From: Nitrospinaceae bacterium
Lineage (GTDB): Bacteria > Nitrospinota > Nitrospinia > Nitrospinales > VA-1
NCBI GenBank assembly: GCA_046754465.1
Contig: JBHHVU010000016.1
Span: forward strand, 1 to 59,415
Direction: 5' to 3'
Length of the DNA: 59,415 nucleotides
In this document: positions 21,006 through 30,285 of the stretch, piece after piece
Position numbering within the stretch: position 1 is the first letter of the stretch
Layout: every line of letters begins with the position of its first letter
The notes under the pieces: generated by a model
The model's database searches: none
Told to the model about the DNA's origin: nothing
What the model saw: the letters and a program-made list of their open reading frames with translations, nothing else
Position numbers and translations under genes: made by a program

Positions 21006-21323
21006 TTATTTTAAAAAGATGGTCACGACCTGCCCTTTCCGGGGAAGTTCCAGTTGCGTGTGTTTTTGAGCGAGACTCTGTATCCGGTCCAGAGATTGCA
21101 AACTTCCTCTTTCCACCCGCAACAGGTGGTTTTCCTTCAGGAGGCTTCGCCGTTCCTGTGCCAGAATCTGGTATTCATAAGCCATTTTGACCATTTTCAC
21201 GTTGGGCCAGACAAACGCCATGGCCCCGATCAGGAACAGCAGGGAAACCCCGAGAGTCATGCGGACCCGGCGGGATGAAATGTTCCAGCGGATTTTCGCG
21301 AGCCGCCGCACGTGGTCAAACAT
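21006..21323 (-). CDS. ftsL: Cell division protein FtsL-like
   Basis: Small, one TM plus coiled coil, between rsmH and ftsI. Confidence 0.8.
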   Translation of the reverse strand: MFDHVRRLAKIRWNISSRRVRMTLGVSLLFLIGAMAFVWPNVKMVKMAYEYQILAQERRSLLKENHLLRVERGSLQSLDRIQSLAQKHTQLELPRKGQVVTIFLK

Positions 21324-22254
21324 AAACCCTCTCCGCAACTCTCATTTTGGCGCTGGAAGCCCTGGGATTGCGGGCCATTTCTTCCTGGCCGGGAAGGACG
21401 GGCCTCCGGGTGATGATTTTCAAGGTGGATTTTCGGCCGCAAACGCACTGAGGAAATCTTGGGGGGCAGATGCAGCCCTTTTCCTCTTCACGGAAAAACG
21501 TTTTGACGATCCGGTCTTCGAGGGAGTGAAACGAGATCACGACGATGCGAGCACCCGCGTTGAGGACCCCGATGGAGTCCCGCAACGCGGATTTCAGATG
21601 TGTCAGCTCGCGGTTAACTGCAAGGCGCAGGGCTTGGAAGGTACGGGTTGCGGGATGAATCTTTGCGGGACGCGAAAAATGTACCGCGCTGGAGAGGATT
21701 TTGGATAATTGGAGAGTGGAAAGGATAGGGTGCTTTGCCTGCGCTTTGCGGATCGCCCGCACGACCCGTTTATAAAATCGTTCTTCGCCATAATTTTTAA
21801 TGATCGATTCCAGTTCGTCATCGGAAAGTTTCTCCAACAGGCCGGCCGCGGTTGTTTCATCGGTCTGATCCATCCGCATGTCCAACGGCCCGTCCCGGAG
21901 GAAGCTGAATCCACGCCGGGCATTGTCCAGTTGGGGAGATGAAACGCCGAGGTCCAGCAGCAAACCGTCGATTTTCCCGATCCCGGCGTCCTTCAAAATG
22001 TTGCCCAGATCGCTGAAATTCCCGTGGACCAGAGTGATCCGGTCCTCGAAAGCGGCCAGTCTTTTTCGGGCTCTTGCCAGGGCGCTTTTATCCCTGTCGA
22101 TGCCCAGGACCCTCAACCGGGGTCCGGTTTCTTGAAGAAGGAGTTCGCTATGACCTCCATCTCCCAAAGTGCCGTCCACGATGATCCCCTCCTCCTTGAC
22201 GTTCAGGTATTGAAAAACCTCTTCTCTCAATACCGGCTCGTGGTACTTTGGCAT
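21316..22254 (-). CDS. rsmH: 16S rRNA m4C1402 methyltransferase
   Basis: HEPVL, DGTLGDGGHS, DLGVSSPQLD, LDMRMD, FHSLEDR. Confidence 0.98.
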   Translation of the reverse strand: MPKYHEPVLREEVFQYLNVKEEGIIVDGTLGDGGHSELLLQETGPRLRVLGIDRDKSALARARKRLAAFEDRITLVHGNFSDLGNILKDAGIGKIDGLLLDLGVSSPQLDNARRGFSFLRDGPLDMRMDQTDETTAAGLLEKLSDDELESIIKNYGEERFYKRVVRAIRKAQAKHPILSTLQLSKILSSAVHFSRPAKIHPATRTFQALRLAVNRELTHLKSALRDSIGVLNAGARIVVISFHSLEDRIVKTFFREEEKGCICPPRFPQCVCGRKSTLKIITRRPVLPGQEEMARNPRASSAKMRVAERVYV

Positions 22255-22324
22255 TGCTTATCCAAGACCCTCCCGGGGAACTTGGGGAACTAACGGGGCG
22301 GATGTTTCCTCTCTCCCAGCCGCC

Positions 22325-22717
22325 TTATGACCCGGATGTCTTTGCCCATCGTTCCTGGGACCAGATCTCGAACGTTTTCGACATCCCAACCAAGACCGAT
22401 TCCTTTTTCAATCCCGCCATGTCGCGCTGATGGGCCTGAATCAAAATCTTCCCCGATTTCATCTCGCATTCCGAAGCTCGCGAATAAAACTCCCGCAGCC
22501 GGGTCCTGTCCTCCTTGTCAAACGCATTGAGATCACTTAATTTATTCTCATTTTCGGCCCATTCTCTTTGGGGGAAAACAATAAGGAAATTATCCATCAC
22601 GCAGATCACTAAATGCGGGCCGTAGTCTTTCTCCAGAAGGACCCGAAATTTAGCGGGAACGTTGAATCGGCCCTTGTCATCCAGGTTGATGTTGTAAGTT
22701 CCTAAAAAACCATTCAT
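22325..22717 (-). CDS. mraZ: dcw cluster transcriptional repressor MraZ
   Basis: FLGTYNINLDDKGRFNVPAKFR, FEIWS; first gene of the dcw cluster. Confidence 0.93.
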   Translation of the reverse strand: MNGFLGTYNINLDDKGRFNVPAKFRVLLEKDYGPHLVICVMDNFLIVFPQREWAENENKLSDLNAFDKEDRTRLREFYSRASECEMKSGKILIQAHQRDMAGLKKESVLVGMSKTFEIWSQERWAKTSGS

Positions 22718-22756
22718 TAATTAAGTGACCCAAAAAAACAAAGTATACCCTGACCT

Positions 22757-22792
22757 TGACAGATTGTTACATTTTCTGACACTTTATGACAC
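22757..22792 (-). promoter_or_regulatory. Putative MraZ operator: four direct repeats at 10-bp period
   Basis: Minus strand reads GTGTCA-taaa-GTGTCA-gaaa-ATGTAA-caat-CTGTCA, starting just after the -10 box. Confidence 0.65.
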
Positions 22793-22793
22793 A

Positions 22794-22821
22794 ATCCTAA
22801 CATAATCCGACAGTCTGTCAA
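22794..22821 (-). promoter_or_regulatory. sigma70-type promoter of the mraZ/dcw cluster
   Basis: Minus strand TTGACA-N16-TAGGAT with an extended TGn. Confidence 0.7.
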
Positions 22822-23152
22822 TAGAAAAGCATAGAAAATTTGGGGATCGGGGGAATTCACTTCCCCGAAAGAGAAAGGATTTTCCCTATATATTAAGGAA
22901 GCAAGGGGGGTGCCGGGGTGGGTGGATGGAGCGGTTCAGGGAAATTCCGGTCTGGCGAAGGTGGGGTTTCCCCCGGGTTTGGATATCGGCTCGGATGGAA
23001 CCGGGAGACGAACTGTTTCGATGCGCCGATAGTAAAGGAAGGATGAAATGGCCGGAAAAGCCGCTTTTTCATGTGTTCCGGGCGGGGATTGGTTTTTCCT
23101 GGAAAATGGGCCGTGCCTGGTGGCCCCCCGGTATCTGGCGGGGGGATTTGCT

Positions 23153-23182
23153 TTGACAAGGTTAAATTCCAAATGATACTAT
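23153..23182 (+). promoter_or_regulatory. sigma70-type promoter of the ccm cluster
   Basis: TTGACA-N18-TACTAT with TGn, about 60 bp before ccmE. Confidence 0.6.
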
Positions 23183-23239
23183 TTAATCAACAAACCAAAT
23201 TCTTGAGGTTGTTATAACCTTTAAATACTTGTGCGGACA

Positions 23240-23731
23240 ATGATGCAGAAAAAAATCAAATTTGCCATAGGCAGTTTATTGATTGTCGCGGCGATCGGCT
23301 ATCTCATAACTACCGGGATCAGTAACACGTCCCAATACTTTTTTACCGTGGATGAGTTGATGAACCAGAAGGTCTCCCTTGCCGACACCGGATTGAAAGT
23401 TAAAGGGAATGTCGTGGACGGCTCGATCCAGCGCGACCCAGAAAATTATTTACAGATCCGGTTTGCCATCGAAGAAAAAAATGCCAACCTCGACGTCGTT
23501 TACCAAGGGGTGGTTCCCGACATGTTTGGGAACGGCAGGCAGGTTGTGGTTGAGGGGACCCTGGCCAAGGACGGGGTTTTCCATGCCAATACCCTGCTCA
23601 CAAGCTGCCCTTCCAAGTATGAAGCGGAAAAAGAAGCCGGCAAGATGCATCCGGGAACTTTGCCCCGTTACGATATCAAAGAAAAACCGAACTCCGAACA
23701 AACGGGTTCCTTGCCCAAATCAACGATTTAA
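23240..23731 (+). CDS. ccmE: Heme chaperone CcmE, CxxxY variant
   Basis: N-terminal TM, VYQGVVPDMF, VVVEG, LTSCPSKY. Confidence 0.93.
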   Translation: MMQKKIKFAIGSLLIVAAIGYLITTGISNTSQYFFTVDELMNQKVSLADTGLKVKGNVVDGSIQRDPENYLQIRFAIEEKNANLDVVYQGVVPDMFGNGRQVVVEGTLAKDGVFHANTLLTSCPSKYEAEKEAGKMHPGTLPRYDIKEKPNSEQTGSLPKSTI

Positions 23732-23824
23732 TTTTCCATTCACCCAATCCCTGGATATTCCCGGTCCTGCCTGAAAAGGCTTCCGGGTTTCGCGGGCCGC
23801 GATTCAGACGAAGGATGATTTTCC

Positions 23825-25837
23825 ATGAATGATATTGGCGAATTCATTTTATTGGTAGCTTTGGCAACCGCCATTTACGGGTGCGTGGCCTATATCATGG
23901 CGGTGAACGGAAACCGGATCGATCTTTACCTCAGCGCCGACAAAACTCCTCTCATTGTTTGGGGATGTGTGGTCCTGGCCTCGCTTGCTTTGTGGAAAGG
24001 GTTCATGACCGACGATTTCAGCCTTCAATATGTCTGGGCGTATTCCAACCGGGAGCTGGACCCGTTTTACAAGTTCTCCTCCTTTTGGGGCGGGCAAAAG
24101 GGGTCCTTGCTGTTCTGGACCCTAATCCTGACCACGTATATGTCGATCGTTTATTTCCAGAACCGGAATAAAAATATACGGTTGATGCCCTATGCGATGA
24201 CGATCATGCTGCTGATCGTGATATTTTTCCTGTTCCTTCTCAATTTTTCCACCAACCCGTTCGAACGGATTCCCCTGCCGCCGGAGGATGGACGGGGGTT
24301 GAATCCGTTGTTGCAGAATTATTGGATGGTGATTCATCCGCCGACCCTCTACCTGGGTTATGTGGGGTTCACGGTCCCTTTCGCTTTTGCCATGGCTGCC
24401 CTGATCACCCGGAACCTGGACGACAGCTGGATTCGCCTGACACGGAAGTGGACGCTGCTGGCCTGGTTTTTTCTCTGCATGGGGAATCTTTTCGGTGCGG
24501 CCTGGTCCTACATAGAATTGGGCTGGGGCGGTTACTGGGCCTGGGACCCGGTGGAGAACGCGGCGTTCATGCCCTTGTTGGTGGCGACGGCTTTTCTGCA
24601 TTCGATCCAGATTCAGGAAAAAAAGGATATGATGAAAGTCTGGAACATGTCTCTCGTCCTTTTGACTTTCGTCATGACCATATTCGGAACCTTCATTACC
24701 CGCAGCGGCCTGATTCAGTCCGTTCACTCGTTCGACGAGGCGACGCTCGGTTATTATTTTTTGGCATTTTTGGCGGTGATCATCGTGGTTTGCGTGTCGA
24801 TGATCCTCAAGCGGCTTCCCCTGCTCAAAAGTAAAAATGAGCTGGATTCCTTTCTCTCCCGCGAAAGCAGTTTTCTGTTCAATAACCTGGTTTTGTTAGG
24901 GATCGGATTCGCCACGTTTTGGGGGACGATTTTCCCCATCATCTCCGAGGCCATGCGTGGTGTGAAGATCACCGTGGGGCCGCCGTTTTACAACCAGGTG
25001 AATGTGCCGATCGGGCTGGCCCTATTGGCGCTCATTGGTATCGGTCCCCTGATTGCCTGGAGGCGCGCCTCCTGGTCCAACCTCAAGAAGAATTTCCTGA
25101 AGCCGGTGCTGGCCGCCCTGGCCGCGGCCGGGGTGCTGTTTCCCATCGTGCCCCTTGAGAACCGGGCGGATGTATATAGCTACCTGACGTTTATTTTGTG
25201 CGTTTTCGTGATGACCTGCATTCTGGGGGAATTTTTCAAGGGAGCCCGGGCCCGCATGGGCATTCATGAGGAAAACTTCCCCGGGGCGTTGACCACGCTG
25301 ACCTGGCGGAACAAACGGCGTTACGGCGGTTATATCGTTCACATCGGGATGGTCCTTATCTTCGCCGGGATCGCCGGCTCCCAGGCTTACAGCGTTCATG
25401 AACAAAAACATTTAAAACCGGGGGAGAGCATCACCCTTCGAGACTTCACCGTGACCTACGAAAAACTGGTCGCCGTGGAGGCGACGTCGGTCAAGACCCG
25501 GGTCATCGCCGAGCTCGGGGTGTACCGTAACGGCCGGCGGGTCTGGACAGGCCGTCCTGAAAAGGAATTTTACAAGGGGCAGAACCAGCCGGTCTCCGAA
25601 GTGGATGTTCTTTCCACCTGGAGAGAAGATCTCTATATCATCCTTTCCGATTTTAATGAAGACGATTCGGCGACCTTCAAGGTTTATGTCAATCCCATGG
25701 TCAGTTGGTTGTGGACGGGGGGATGGGTCATGGCTTTTGGAACCATGATTTGCATGTGGCCCGACCGGCTGGAACAAAGGCGCCGGTTGGAACGAATCCG
25801 AAGACAAGATGCCGTGTTCGCGCCGGCCCAGGAGTGA
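23825..25837 (+). CDS. ccmF: Cytochrome c heme lyase CcmF
   Basis: GLNPLLQ, IHPP, ELGWGGYWAWDPVENA (WWD domain), SVHSF. Confidence 0.97.
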   Translation: MNDIGEFILLVALATAIYGCVAYIMAVNGNRIDLYLSADKTPLIVWGCVVLASLALWKGFMTDDFSLQYVWAYSNRELDPFYKFSSFWGGQKGSLLFWTLILTTYMSIVYFQNRNKNIRLMPYAMTIMLLIVIFFLFLLNFSTNPFERIPLPPEDGRGLNPLLQNYWMVIHPPTLYLGYVGFTVPFAFAMAALITRNLDDSWIRLTRKWTLLAWFFLCMGNLFGAAWSYIELGWGGYWAWDPVENAAFMPLLVATAFLHSIQIQEKKDMMKVWNMSLVLLTFVMTIFGTFITRSGLIQSVHSFDEATLGYYFLAFLAVIIVVCVSMILKRLPLLKSKNELDSFLSRESSFLFNNLVLLGIGFATFWGTIFPIISEAMRGVKITVGPPFYNQVNVPIGLALLALIGIGPLIAWRRASWSNLKKNFLKPVLAALAAAGVLFPIVPLENRADVYSYLTFILCVFVMTCILGEFFKGARARMGIHEENFPGALTTLTWRNKRRYGGYIVHIGMVLIFAGIAGSQAYSVHEQKHLKPGESITLRDFTVTYEKLVAVEATSVKTRVIAELGVYRNGRRVWTGRPEKEFYKGQNQPVSEVDVLSTWREDLYIILSDFNEDDSATFKVYVNPMVSWLWTGGWVMAFGTMICMWPDRLEQRRRLERIRRQDAVFAPAQE

Positions 25838-25844
25838 TACCGTC

Positions 25845-26327
25845 ATGAAACCCGGAAAAATGATTTTTGCAATCCTTATGACCCTCTTGCTGGCGGGTCC
25901 GGCATCGGACGCGGGCGCGGGGGCCTTTTTATCCGATTTGGAAAACGCGCTCATGTGCACGTGTGATGACAAATGCGGAAAGGTTCTCGTCAACTGCACT
26001 TGTTCCACGGCGGAAAAGACGCGTATGGAATTTTCCCGGATGCTCGAGTCGGGACTCACCGTGCAAGCGATCATTCAAAAGCAGGTCGACCAATATGGAG
26101 AAACCATCCTGTCGGCTCCCACAAAGAGCGGATTCAATCTCACCGCCTGGATGACCCCCTTCATCGCCCTTCTCGCGGGAGGATTTGGGATCAGTAAAAT
26201 CCTCGATGTCTGGCAAAAGCGGTCCGGAAAGAAGCCTCGGGATTCCGAGGAACCAAAATCTCCCGAGATCCAACCCGGCAAGTATTCCAGCCGGTTGCAG
26301 GAAGAATTGGACAAGATCGAGCTGTAA
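25845..26327 (+). CDS. ccmH: CcmH/CycL-like protein with atypical Cys-rich motif
   Basis: Signal peptide, LMCTCDDKCGKVLVNCTC, QYGETILSAP...GFNLTAW.TP plus TM; follows ccmF. Confidence 0.8.
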   Translation: MKPGKMIFAILMTLLLAGPASDAGAGAFLSDLENALMCTCDDKCGKVLVNCTCSTAEKTRMEFSRMLESGLTVQAIIQKQVDQYGETILSAPTKSGFNLTAWMTPFIALLAGGFGISKILDVWQKRSGKKPRDSEEPKSPEIQPGKYSSRLQEELDKIEL

Positions 26328-26329
26328 GG

Positions 26330-26668
26330 ATGAAATTTGTTCATTTCATACAGTTGATTCTTGTCTTGGGAATTTTGATGGCCGTGGGCTTGCCTCTTTT
26401 CCGCGGCTTGGCCAAGACGAAACTGTTTTCCAAAGTAGACCGGGCGGAAGAAGAGTTCAAACACCTGCTCGTCCGAAAAGAGGAAATCCTCCTTTCCATC
26501 AAGGACCTGGAGTTCGAGTTGCAGACGGACAAAGTTTCCCGGGAAGATTACCAAGCCCTCCGCAATAAATTGGAAATGGAGGGAGCCGCTATCCTGGAAC
26601 GCATCGACGAGTTGGAAAAAGCAAAAAAGGAAAAAAAGAAGTCTTCCAAACACGCGACCGTGGGATGA
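26330..26668 (+). CDS. CcmI N-terminal-like membrane protein (no TPR region)
   Basis: TM followed by IKDLEFELQTDKVSREDYQALR; lies in the ccm cluster. Confidence 0.6.
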   Translation: MKFVHFIQLILVLGILMAVGLPLFRGLAKTKLFSKVDRAEEEFKHLLVRKEEILLSIKDLEFELQTDKVSREDYQALRNKLEMEGAAILERIDELEKAKKEKKKSSKHATVG

Positions 26669-26885
26669 CCCTCCACCGTCCAGTTCAAGGGATTTTCAGA
26701 CAGGTGGAGCCCGGTCCCGTTCCGGGCCCGGCGCGGGAGTTTTGCCTTGGTGGCCCAGATCGGACGGTCCGGTAGCTCCTCCCGGGATGAGGAGGATTGG
26801 GCGCAATTTAAAAAGAGGCCGCCACCATAAACTATTTTCGTTCATTCCACCCTTTTCCCCGACGACAAATTAAAACCAGTCCGCT

Positions 26886-27650
26886 ATGACTCCTGATCCC
26901 CATCCCCCGGTCAACGAGCCCGCCGTAAGGGTCCGGGAAGTCCGAAAAACCTTTGGTGTCTTGAAAGCGTTGGACGGCATCAGCTTCGACTTGGAAGCGG
27001 GCGAGTTTCTGACCATCTTCGGTCCCAACGGAGCCGGCAAGACCACATTGATCAAGATCCTGTCCGGTTTGACCAGACCCACGAGTGGGACAGCCCGGGT
27101 GGCGGGGGTCGAGGTCCTCCAGGGAGATTCTCGGTTGCGGCGGGAGATCGGTGTCATCACGCACGCTTCCTGTCTTTATGCCGACCTGAGCCCGCTGGAG
27201 AACCTCGTGTTTTACGCTAAAATGTACGGGCTGGATCAACCCCATGACCGTGCGGTGCAAGCGCTCGAAGGAGTCGGGCTCAAGAGCCGGATGCATGACC
27301 GGGTCCGGACCTTTTCCCGGGGAATGCTGCAGCGGGCTTCCATCGCGCGGGCCGTCATTCACAACCCCTTGATCCTGTTTCTGGATGAACCGTTTACCGG
27401 ACTGGATCCCCAGGGGTCCCAGGTGCTCAAACAATATCTCCGTTCGCTCCATACAAAAAAACGTACCATTATCATGACGACTCATGACCTTTCCTGCGGA
27501 TTGGAGATGTGTGACAAGGTCGCCGTTCAGGCGCGTGGGCGCATCGCCTTGCTGAAACCGATCGGTCAAATCGAGAAGGAACGGTTCGAGGATCTGTATT
27601 TCGATACCGTCAATTCCGGTCCCCCCATGGCAGTCCGTGGAGCGTGGTGA
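26886..27650 (+). CDS. ccmA: Heme ABC exporter ATPase CcmA
   Basis: GPNGAGKT, FSRGM signature, LDEPFTGLD. Confidence 0.92.
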   Translation: MTPDPHPPVNEPAVRVREVRKTFGVLKALDGISFDLEAGEFLTIFGPNGAGKTTLIKILSGLTRPTSGTARVAGVEVLQGDSRLRREIGVITHASCLYADLSPLENLVFYAKMYGLDQPHDRAVQALEGVGLKSRMHDRVRTFSRGMLQRASIARAVIHNPLILFLDEPFTGLDPQGSQVLKQYLRSLHTKKRTIIMTTHDLSCGLEMCDKVAVQARGRIALLKPIGQIEKERFEDLYFDTVNSGPPMAVRGAW

Positions 27651-27655
27651 CTGTC

Positions 27656-28336
27656 ATGCGACCCTATTTGAACCAGGTGGCCGCCATTGTATGGAAGGAT
27701 ATCCTCACGGAGCTGAAGACCCGGGAACTCTTCAGCACGATGTTCATCTTCGCGGTTCTGGTTATTCTGATATTTATTTTTTCGGTGGATTTGAGTATCG
27801 TCAAGGCCAACGAAGTGGGACCGGGCGTTTTGTGGGTGGCGTTTTTTTTTGCAGGGACCCTCGGCCTCAACCGGTCCTTCGTGCTGGAAAAGGAAAATGG
27901 ATGCCTGGAGGGCCTCACCCTGACGCCCGCGGACCGGACGGCTCTATATTTCGGCAAGATGATCAGCAACCTCGTTTTTCTCTTGATCATGGAAGCGTTC
28001 ATTTTGCCGCTGTTCATGATATTTTTTAATGTGGACCTGCTTCCGCATCTGTTGCCGTTATTGCTCGTGATTTTCATGGGGACGCTGGGATTCTGCGCCA
28101 TCGGAACGCTGCTGTCTTCCCTTTCGTCGAATTTGAAAACCCGGGAGATCATGCTCCCAATCCTGTTGTATCCCCTGATCATTCCCGTGGCCATCGGGGC
28201 CGTGCGGATGACCAGTCAGCTGCTGGCGGGAAAGGCCCTGTCGACGATGATGAATTGGATCGGTTTGGTCCTTTGCTTTGATATTATATATATCGGCGTA
28301 TCAATTCTTACCATTGACCATATTTTAGAGGAGTAG
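27656..28336 (+). CDS. ccmB: Heme exporter permease CcmB
   Basis: WKD..TE, PGVLW, EKENGCLEG, LPILLYPLIIP. Confidence 0.93.
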   Translation: MRPYLNQVAAIVWKDILTELKTRELFSTMFIFAVLVILIFIFSVDLSIVKANEVGPGVLWVAFFFAGTLGLNRSFVLEKENGCLEGLTLTPADRTALYFGKMISNLVFLLIMEAFILPLFMIFFNVDLLPHLLPLLLVIFMGTLGFCAIGTLLSSLSSNLKTREIMLPILLYPLIIPVAIGAVRMTSQLLAGKALSTMMNWIGLVLCFDIIYIGVSILTIDHILEE

Positions 28337-28340
28337 CCGA

Positions 28341-28490
28341 ATGGATCACCTCGGCTTTTTATTCGCGGCGAATGCCTTTGTGTGGGCGGGGATCATTTAT
28401 TATCTGTTTACCCTGAAGAGGCGCAACCACGCGCTGGAAAAGGATTTGCAGGTGCTGAAAGAGGTCATCGGCAAGGAATCCGGAAAATGA
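28341..28490 (+). CDS. ccmD: CcmD-like small protein, 49 aa (absent from the ORF track)
   Basis: Manual translation MDHLGFLFAANAFVWAGIIYYLFTLKRRNHALEKDLQVLKEVIGKESGK; GAGGAG RBS; ATGA overlap with ccmC. Confidence 0.85.
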   Translation: MDHLGFLFAANAFVWAGIIYYLFTLKRRNHALEKDLQVLKEVIGKESGK

Positions 28491-29188
28491 GCGAGGAGAA
28501 GGCCCAGGAAAACTATTTGCTGATCTGGCTGACGGCGGCGGCTCTTCTGGCGGCGATGACGGCCATCTTTATTTTTGTCCCCACTGAAAAAACGGAAGGC
28601 CTCGTGCAGCGGATCATGTACTTTCATATTCCCTCCGCGTGGATTTCCTTTTTCGCGTTTTTCGTGGTGTTTTTGAGCAGCATCCTGTTCCTTTGGAAAC
28701 GGGAACGGGAGTGGGATATTTATGCCCACGCCTCCGCGGAGATCGGCGTGATGTTTTGTTCCCTCGTTTTGATCACCGGGCCGATCTGGGCCAGGCCCAT
28801 TTGGGGCGCCTGGTGGGTTTGGGACGCCCGCCTGACCTCGACCCTGATTCTCTGGTTGATCTATGTCGCCTACCTCATGTTACGGGGCCAGACCGAACCC
28901 GGCTCCATGCGGGCCCGGTACGCGGCGGTCCTGGGTATTGTCGGCTTCCTCGATATTCCCCTCATCCATTTTTCCGTCCTTTGGTGGCGGGCGTTCCACC
29001 CGAAACCCAAAGTGATCACCGCCGAGGGCTTTGGAAAAGGGATGGACCCGGACATGATGATCACCCTTCTTATTTCTCTGGCTGCGTTCACCTTGCTTTA
29101 TTTTGTTTTGATGGGACAACGAGTCCGATTGGAAAAAATGCGTGATGAAATCGATCGTCTCAAAAAAGAGAAACTTTACTCTCACTAA
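28487..29188 (+). CDS. ccmC: Heme exporter CcmC
   Basis: IMYFHIP, WARPIWGAWWVWDARLT (WWD), SVLWWRAFHP. Confidence 0.95.
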   Translation: MSEEKAQENYLLIWLTAAALLAAMTAIFIFVPTEKTEGLVQRIMYFHIPSAWISFFAFFVVFLSSILFLWKREREWDIYAHASAEIGVMFCSLVLITGPIWARPIWGAWWVWDARLTSTLILWLIYVAYLMLRGQTEPGSMRARYAAVLGIVGFLDIPLIHFSVLWWRAFHPKPKVITAEGFGKGMDPDMMITLLISLAAFTLLYFVLMGQRVRLEKMRDEIDRLKKEKLYSH

Positions 29189-29747
29189 AAAATATATCGG
29201 ACTCTACCTGGTGTTGTTCGTTGGGGCGATTCTGTTTTTTTTCGCTCACCTCAATGAGAATCCCTTTTCCATCGCGGATGTCAAGGGTGGAAATAAATTT
29301 GATCGGGAGCAACCCTCCGTCGGCTACCTGGCCCCGGGATTTGTTTTGAAAAATCTGGAAGGCAAGCGGGTCCGTCTGGACAGCTTTCGGGGCCGTGTCG
29401 TCCTGCTCAATTTTTGGGCAACGTGGTGCGCCCCCTGCCGCCTGGAAATGCCCTCCTTTGAACATCTTTACCGCCGGTACCGGTCTCGGGGCTTGACCGT
29501 TCTCGCCGTCAGCCTGGACAAGGCCGCCGATGCCAGGGTCCGGAGCTTCGCCGAGGACTATGGTTTGTCTTTTCCGGTTTTGCTGGATCCCGAGAGCCGG
29601 GCGGAGAGACTTTATCCTTCCCCAAGCATTCCTTTCACCTTTGTGATTGACCAGTCCGGAAGAGTGGTGGCCCGGGTGGATGGCGCCAAAAACTGGGAAT
29701 CCAAGGATACGTTCGAGGCGATCGAGTATTTGTTGAATATAACCTGA
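29145..29747 (+). CDS. TlpA/ResA/CcmG-family membrane-anchored thiol-disulfide oxidoreductase
   Basis: N-terminal TM, LNFWATWCAPCRLEMP, cis-Pro IP motif. Confidence 0.9.
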   Translation: MKSIVSKKRNFTLTKKYIGLYLVLFVGAILFFFAHLNENPFSIADVKGGNKFDREQPSVGYLAPGFVLKNLEGKRVRLDSFRGRVVLLNFWATWCAPCRLEMPSFEHLYRRYRSRGLTVLAVSLDKAADARVRSFAEDYGLSFPVLLDPESRAERLYPSPSIPFTFVIDQSGRVVARVDGAKNWESKDTFEAIEYLLNIT

Positions 29748-29823
29748 GGGGAAGGGCAAGAGGGGTTCCGGCTCAAAGGCCGGGAATCCTTGGATCTCCC
29801 CGCTGCCATGCCAGGCGGCACCG

Positions 29824-29908
29824 TGCCGGTCAAACGTGAAGTACTTGCCTCTAATGAAAGGTGGGTTCATGCCCGTCAAACGTGAAGTGCTTGCCGCTAA
29901 TGAAAGGT
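29824..29908 (+). repeat. Imperfect 39-bp direct repeat (29824-29862 and 29870-29908)
   Basis: TGCCGGTCAAACGTGAAGTACTTGCCTCTAATGAAAGGT versus TGCCCGTCAAACGTGAAGTGCTTGCCGCTAATGAAAGGT, 3 mismatches. Confidence 0.9.
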
Positions 29909-30285
29909 TCTATAACGCCTTCAACCAAAAGGATCTGGATCTCATGAAGGCGGTCTGGCACAACGGCCCTGGCGTGGCCTGCATCCATCCGGGATGGGAA
30001 GTCCTCAAGGGGTACGATTCCATCATCCATTCCTGGGAAAATATTTTTCTGGGTCCACACAATCTGGAGATTAAATTGTCGGATATTGAGGTGACCGAGT
30101 CGGGAGGACTGGTCTGGGTGGGGTGCCAGGAAAATTTATTTTCCATGTCCCTGTCGGGGGTCCAGGTTTCCAAGGTGCATGCCACCAACCTGTTCAAGCG
30201 CGTGAGACAGAGTTGGAAAATGGTGTTGCACCATGCATCCTCCGTTCCCGGTGCTCCCCGTTCCGGGCAGATCGGGATCGGTTGA
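29869..30285 (+). CDS. SnoaL-like / NTF2-family protein
   Basis: ANERFYNAF, CIHPGW, ATNLF, WKMVLHHAS. Confidence 0.88.
   Translation: MPVKREVLAANERFYNAFNQKDLDLMKAVWHNGPGVACIHPGWEVLKGYDSIIHSWENIFLGPHNLEIKLSDIEVTESGGLVWVGCQENLFSMSLSGVQVSKVHATNLFKRVRQSWKMVLHHASSVPGAPRSGQIGIG

Noticed and set aside
22822..23150. RNase P RNA or another ncRNA upstream of mraZ
   Set aside because: The GAGGAAAGUCC and CGGCUUA P4 signatures were not found on either strand; the short ORFs here have no recognisable features.
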